From contig CAVYTA010000003.1 in NCBI GenBank assembly GCA_963771355.1, positions 1 to 64,000 of the forward strand: 64,000 nucleotides of DNA, written 5' to 3'. Origin of the DNA: an uncultured Candidatus Rokubacteria bacterium. GTDB taxonomy: Bacteria; Methylomirabilota; Methylomirabilia; Rokubacteriales; CSP1-6. Positions 61,425 through 64,000 of this stretch are shown here, piece by piece; the first letter of the stretch is position 1, and each line of letters opens with the position of its first letter. A model generated the notes under the pieces. The model was not told the origin of the DNA and did no database searches. It saw only the letters and a program-made list of their open reading frames with translations. Made by a program: the position numbers and the translations under genes.

Positions 61425-63863
61425 CTAGACGGTGGCGGCGGGCGTCTGCTCGGCGTCGACGCGGGCGAGGCTGCCGACCTTGTCGTCGGCGTCGAGGTCC
61501 ACGATGCGGACGCCCATGGTATTGCGGCCCTGGAGCTTCACGTCGGTGGCGTGGAAGCGAATCATCTTGCCCTTGGTGGTGACGAGCAGCACATCGTCGT
61601 CGTCGCGCACCTGAAGCATGCCCACCACCGTTCCGTTCCGCCCCTCCGTCTTGATGTCGATGATGCCCTTGCCGGCGCGGCCCTGGAGCCGGTACTCCTC
61701 CAGCGGGGTGCGCTTGCCGTACCCGCGCTCGGTGACGGTGAGGATGCTCGCGCCCTCCTGCACCACGTCGGCGCAGATGACGGCGTCACCCTCGTCCACG
61801 TCGATGCCGCGGACGCCGGCGGCGGTGCGGCCCATGGGGCGCACCTCTTCCTCGCTGAAGCGGATGATCATCCCCGCCTTGGTAGCGAGGAGGACCTCAC
61901 GCTGGCCGTCGGTGCGGCGGGCGGCCATCACCTCGTCGCCGTCCTCCAGCGTGATGGCCTGGATGCCGCCCGAGCGCGGATGCGAGAAGGCGGACAGCTC
62001 GGTCTTCTTCACCTTGCCCTGGCGGGTGGCGAAGATGACCCAGCCGCCGGTCTCGAAGTCGCGCACGGGCACGCAGGTCGCCACCGACTCGCCCTCGGCG
62101 AGCGCCAGCACATTGGCCATGGCCTTGCCCTTGGCCTGCCGCCCGCCCTCGGGGATCTCGTGCACCTTGAGCCAGTGCACCTTGCCCTTGGTGGTGAAGA
62201 AGAGGAGGAAGGAGTGGGTGGACGCCACGAAGAGATCGTCGACGATGTCCTCTTCCTTGGTCTCCATGCCGGTCACGCCCTTGCCCCCCCGCTTCTGGCT
62301 GCGGTAGGACTCCACGTGCGTCCGCTTGATGTAGCCGGAGCGCGTGATGGTGACCACCATGTCGTCGTCGGCGAGGAGGTCCTCGATGGTGAGGTCGGTG
62401 GTCTCGGCGAGGATCTCGGTGCGGCGCGCGTCGCCGAAGGTCTCCTTCAGGGACAATAGCTCGTCCCGGATGATGCCCATCAGCCGGCGGTCGGACTCGA
62501 GGATGCCCTTGAGGTCGGCGATGAGGGCCAGGGTCTGCTCGTGCTCCTCCACGATCTTGTGCCGCTCCAGCTGGGTGAGGCGCTGGAGCCGCATGTCGAG
62601 GATGGCCTTGGCCTGGATCTCGGTGAGCTGGAGCCGCCGCATCAGGCCCTCGCGGGCGGCGTCGGGATTCTCCGCTCCGCGGATGATGGCGATGACGAGG
62701 TCGAGCGCGTCCACCGCCTTGCGCAGGCCTTCGAGGATGTGCGCGCGCTCCTCGGCCCGGGCGAGGTCGTACTTCGTACGGCGGGTGACGATCTCGCGGC
62801 GGAAGGCGATGAACTCCTGCAGCATCTGCTTGAGGTTGACGATCTGCGGCCGCCGGCCCACCAGCGCCAGCATGATCACGCCGAACGTCGTCTGCATCTG
62901 GGTGTGCTTGTAGAGCTGGTTGATGGCGATCTGCGGGATCTCGCCGCGCCCCAGCTCCAGCACCACCCGGATGCCTTCGCGGCTCGACTCGTCGCGGCGC
63001 TCCGAGATGCCCTCGATCTTCTTCTCGCGCATCAGCTCGCCGATCTTCTCGATGAGCGTGGCCTTGTTCACCTGGTACGGCAGCTCGGTGACGATGATGG
63101 CCTCGCGCCCGCCGCGGAGCTTCTCCACGTGCGCCTTGGCGCGCAGGGTGATGATGCCGCGCCCGGTGGTATAGGCCTCGCGGATCCCGTTGCGGCCGTA
63201 GATGTAGCCGGCGGTGGGGAAGTCCGGCCCCGGGATCACCTTCATCAAGTCTTCGATCGACGTGTCCGGGTTGTCGATGAGCAGGACGAGGCCGTCCACG
63301 ATCTCGCCCAGGTTGTGGGGCGGGATATTGGTGGCCATGCCGACCGCGATGCCCGAGGAGCCGTTGATGAGGAGGTTCGGCACCTTGGTGGGGAGGACGG
63401 TGGGCTCCTGGAGGGACTCGTCGAAATTGGGGAGAAAGTCGACGGTGTCCTTCTCGATGTCGGCGAGGAGCTCGTGCGCGATGCGGGACAGTCGCGCCTC
63501 GGTATAGCGCATGGCCGCGGGCGGATCGCCGTCGATGGAGCCGAAGTTCCCCTGCCCGTCCACCAGCGGGTAGCGGAGGGAGAACTCCTGGACCATGCGG
63601 ACCAGGGCTTCGTACACGGGCGAGTCGCCGTGCGGATGATATTTGCCCAGCACCTCGCCCACCACGCGCGCCGACTTCTTGTAGGGGCGGTTGAACACCA
63701 GGCCCAGCTCGGACATGGCGTACAGCACGCGGCGGTGCACGGGCTTGAGGCCGTCGCGGATGTCGGGCAGGGCGCGGCCGACGATGACGGACATCGCATA
63801 GTCGAGATACGACCTGCGCATCTCCTCTTCGATGGGAACCGGCGTCTGACGTTCGGGGGACAT
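61425..63863 (-). CDS. gyrA: DNA gyrase subunit A
   Basis: [22 protein letters not shown], GyrA box QKRGGKG. Confidence 0.98.
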   Translation of the reverse strand: MSPERQTPVPIEEEMRRSYLDYAMSVIVGRALPDIRDGLKPVHRRVLYAMSELGLVFNRPYKKSARVVGEVLGKYHPHGDSPVYEALVRMVQEFSLRYPLVDGQGNFGSIDGDPPAAMRYTEARLSRIAHELLADIEKDTVDFLPNFDESLQEPTVLPTKVPNLLINGSSGIAVGMATNIPPHNLGEIVDGLVLLIDNPDTSIEDLMKVIPGPDFPTAGYIYGRNGIREAYTTGRGIITLRAKAHVEKLRGGREAIIVTELPYQVNKATLIEKIGELMREKKIEGISERRDESSREGIRVVLELGRGEIPQIAINQLYKHTQMQTTFGVIMLALVGRRPQIVNLKQMLQEFIAFRREIVTRRTKYDLARAEERAHILEGLRKAVDALDLVIAIIRGAENPDAAREGLMRRLQLTEIQAKAILDMRLQRLTQLERHKIVEEHEQTLALIADLKGILESDRRLMGIIRDELLSLKETFGDARRTEILAETTDLTIEDLLADDDMVVTITRSGYIKRTHVESYRSQKRGGKGVTGMETKEEDIVDDLFVASTHSFLLFFTTKGKVHWLKVHEIPEGGRQAKGKAMANVLALAEGESVATCVPVRDFETGGWVIFATRQGKVKKTELSAFSHPRSGGIQAITLEDGDEVMAARRTDGQREVLLATKAGMIIRFSEEEVRPMGRTAAGVRGIDVDEGDAVICADVVQEGASILTVTERGYGKRTPLEEYRLQGRAGKGIIDIKTEGRNGTVVGMLQVRDDDDVLLVTTKGKMIRFHATDVKLQGRNTMGVRIVDLDADDKVGSLARVDAEQTPAATV

Positions 63864-63887
63864 GAGGCTCCTTCGGACTGGTGCCGC

Positions 63888-64000
63888 CTAGACGTCCAGG
63901 TTGATGACGTCCAGCGCGTTCTTCTCGATGAACTCGCGCCGCGGCTCGACGGCGTCCCCCATGAGGACGGTGAACATCTCGTCGGCGCCGACGGCGTCTT
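63888..64000 (-). CDS. gyrB: DNA gyrase subunit B, C-terminal end (partial)
   Basis: [32 protein letters not shown]. Confidence 0.95.
   Translation of the reverse strand, partial: DAVGADEMFTVLMGDAVEPRREFIEKNALDVINLDV

Overview
A GC-rich bacterial chromosomal window. The gene families present (double-zinc-ribbon adenylate cyclase-STAND-TPR, ABC_sub_bind solute-binding protein) resemble Ca. Rokubacteria/Methylomirabilota, but that assignment is inference. The backbone is a minus-strand, Bacillus-like conserved block: gyrB(partial)-gyrA-serS...tRNA-Ser(TGA)...tRNA-Ser(GCT)-tRNA-Arg(ACG)...tadA...tRNA-Ser(CGA)-tRNA-Ser(GGA)-large (Alu-containing) SRP RNA-dnaX-ybaB-recR...tRNA-Asn-ThDP enzyme-glcDEF-Rieske-moaB-DUF255-htrA, plus a tRNA-His/Arg/Lys operon. 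There are nine intact tRNAs. Two tRNA loci are integration sites. (i) tRNA-Lys(CTT) carries tandem decayed islands (att duplication 7170-7215/12555-12600, an integrase remnant, an IS91/ISCR-like remnant with a duplicated 113-bp ori-like end, and ABC, P450, CFA and cyclase cargo). (ii) tRNA-Arg(ACG) carries a ~15.8 kb integrase-less island (att 38467-38515/54291-54339) that separates tadA from its substrate tRNA gene; it holds five sigma-54-like promoters, small basic proteins, HPF-CSD, an apparently lipoprotein trehalose synthase, a sugar MFS and a sufBCDSUT operon. The best candidates for undescribed systems are: a cytoplasmic thermolysin-like protease + ComEC-type MBL hydrolase pair (18278-21504, possible protease-activated nuclease defence module), the sigma-54 small-protein/trehalose module, and an ECF/Zn-anti-sigma/di-heme cytochrome module. 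Six genes carry 1-2 bp frameshifts that look like long-read errors. No CRISPR array was seen. All calls come from motif recognition by eye; no searches were run.
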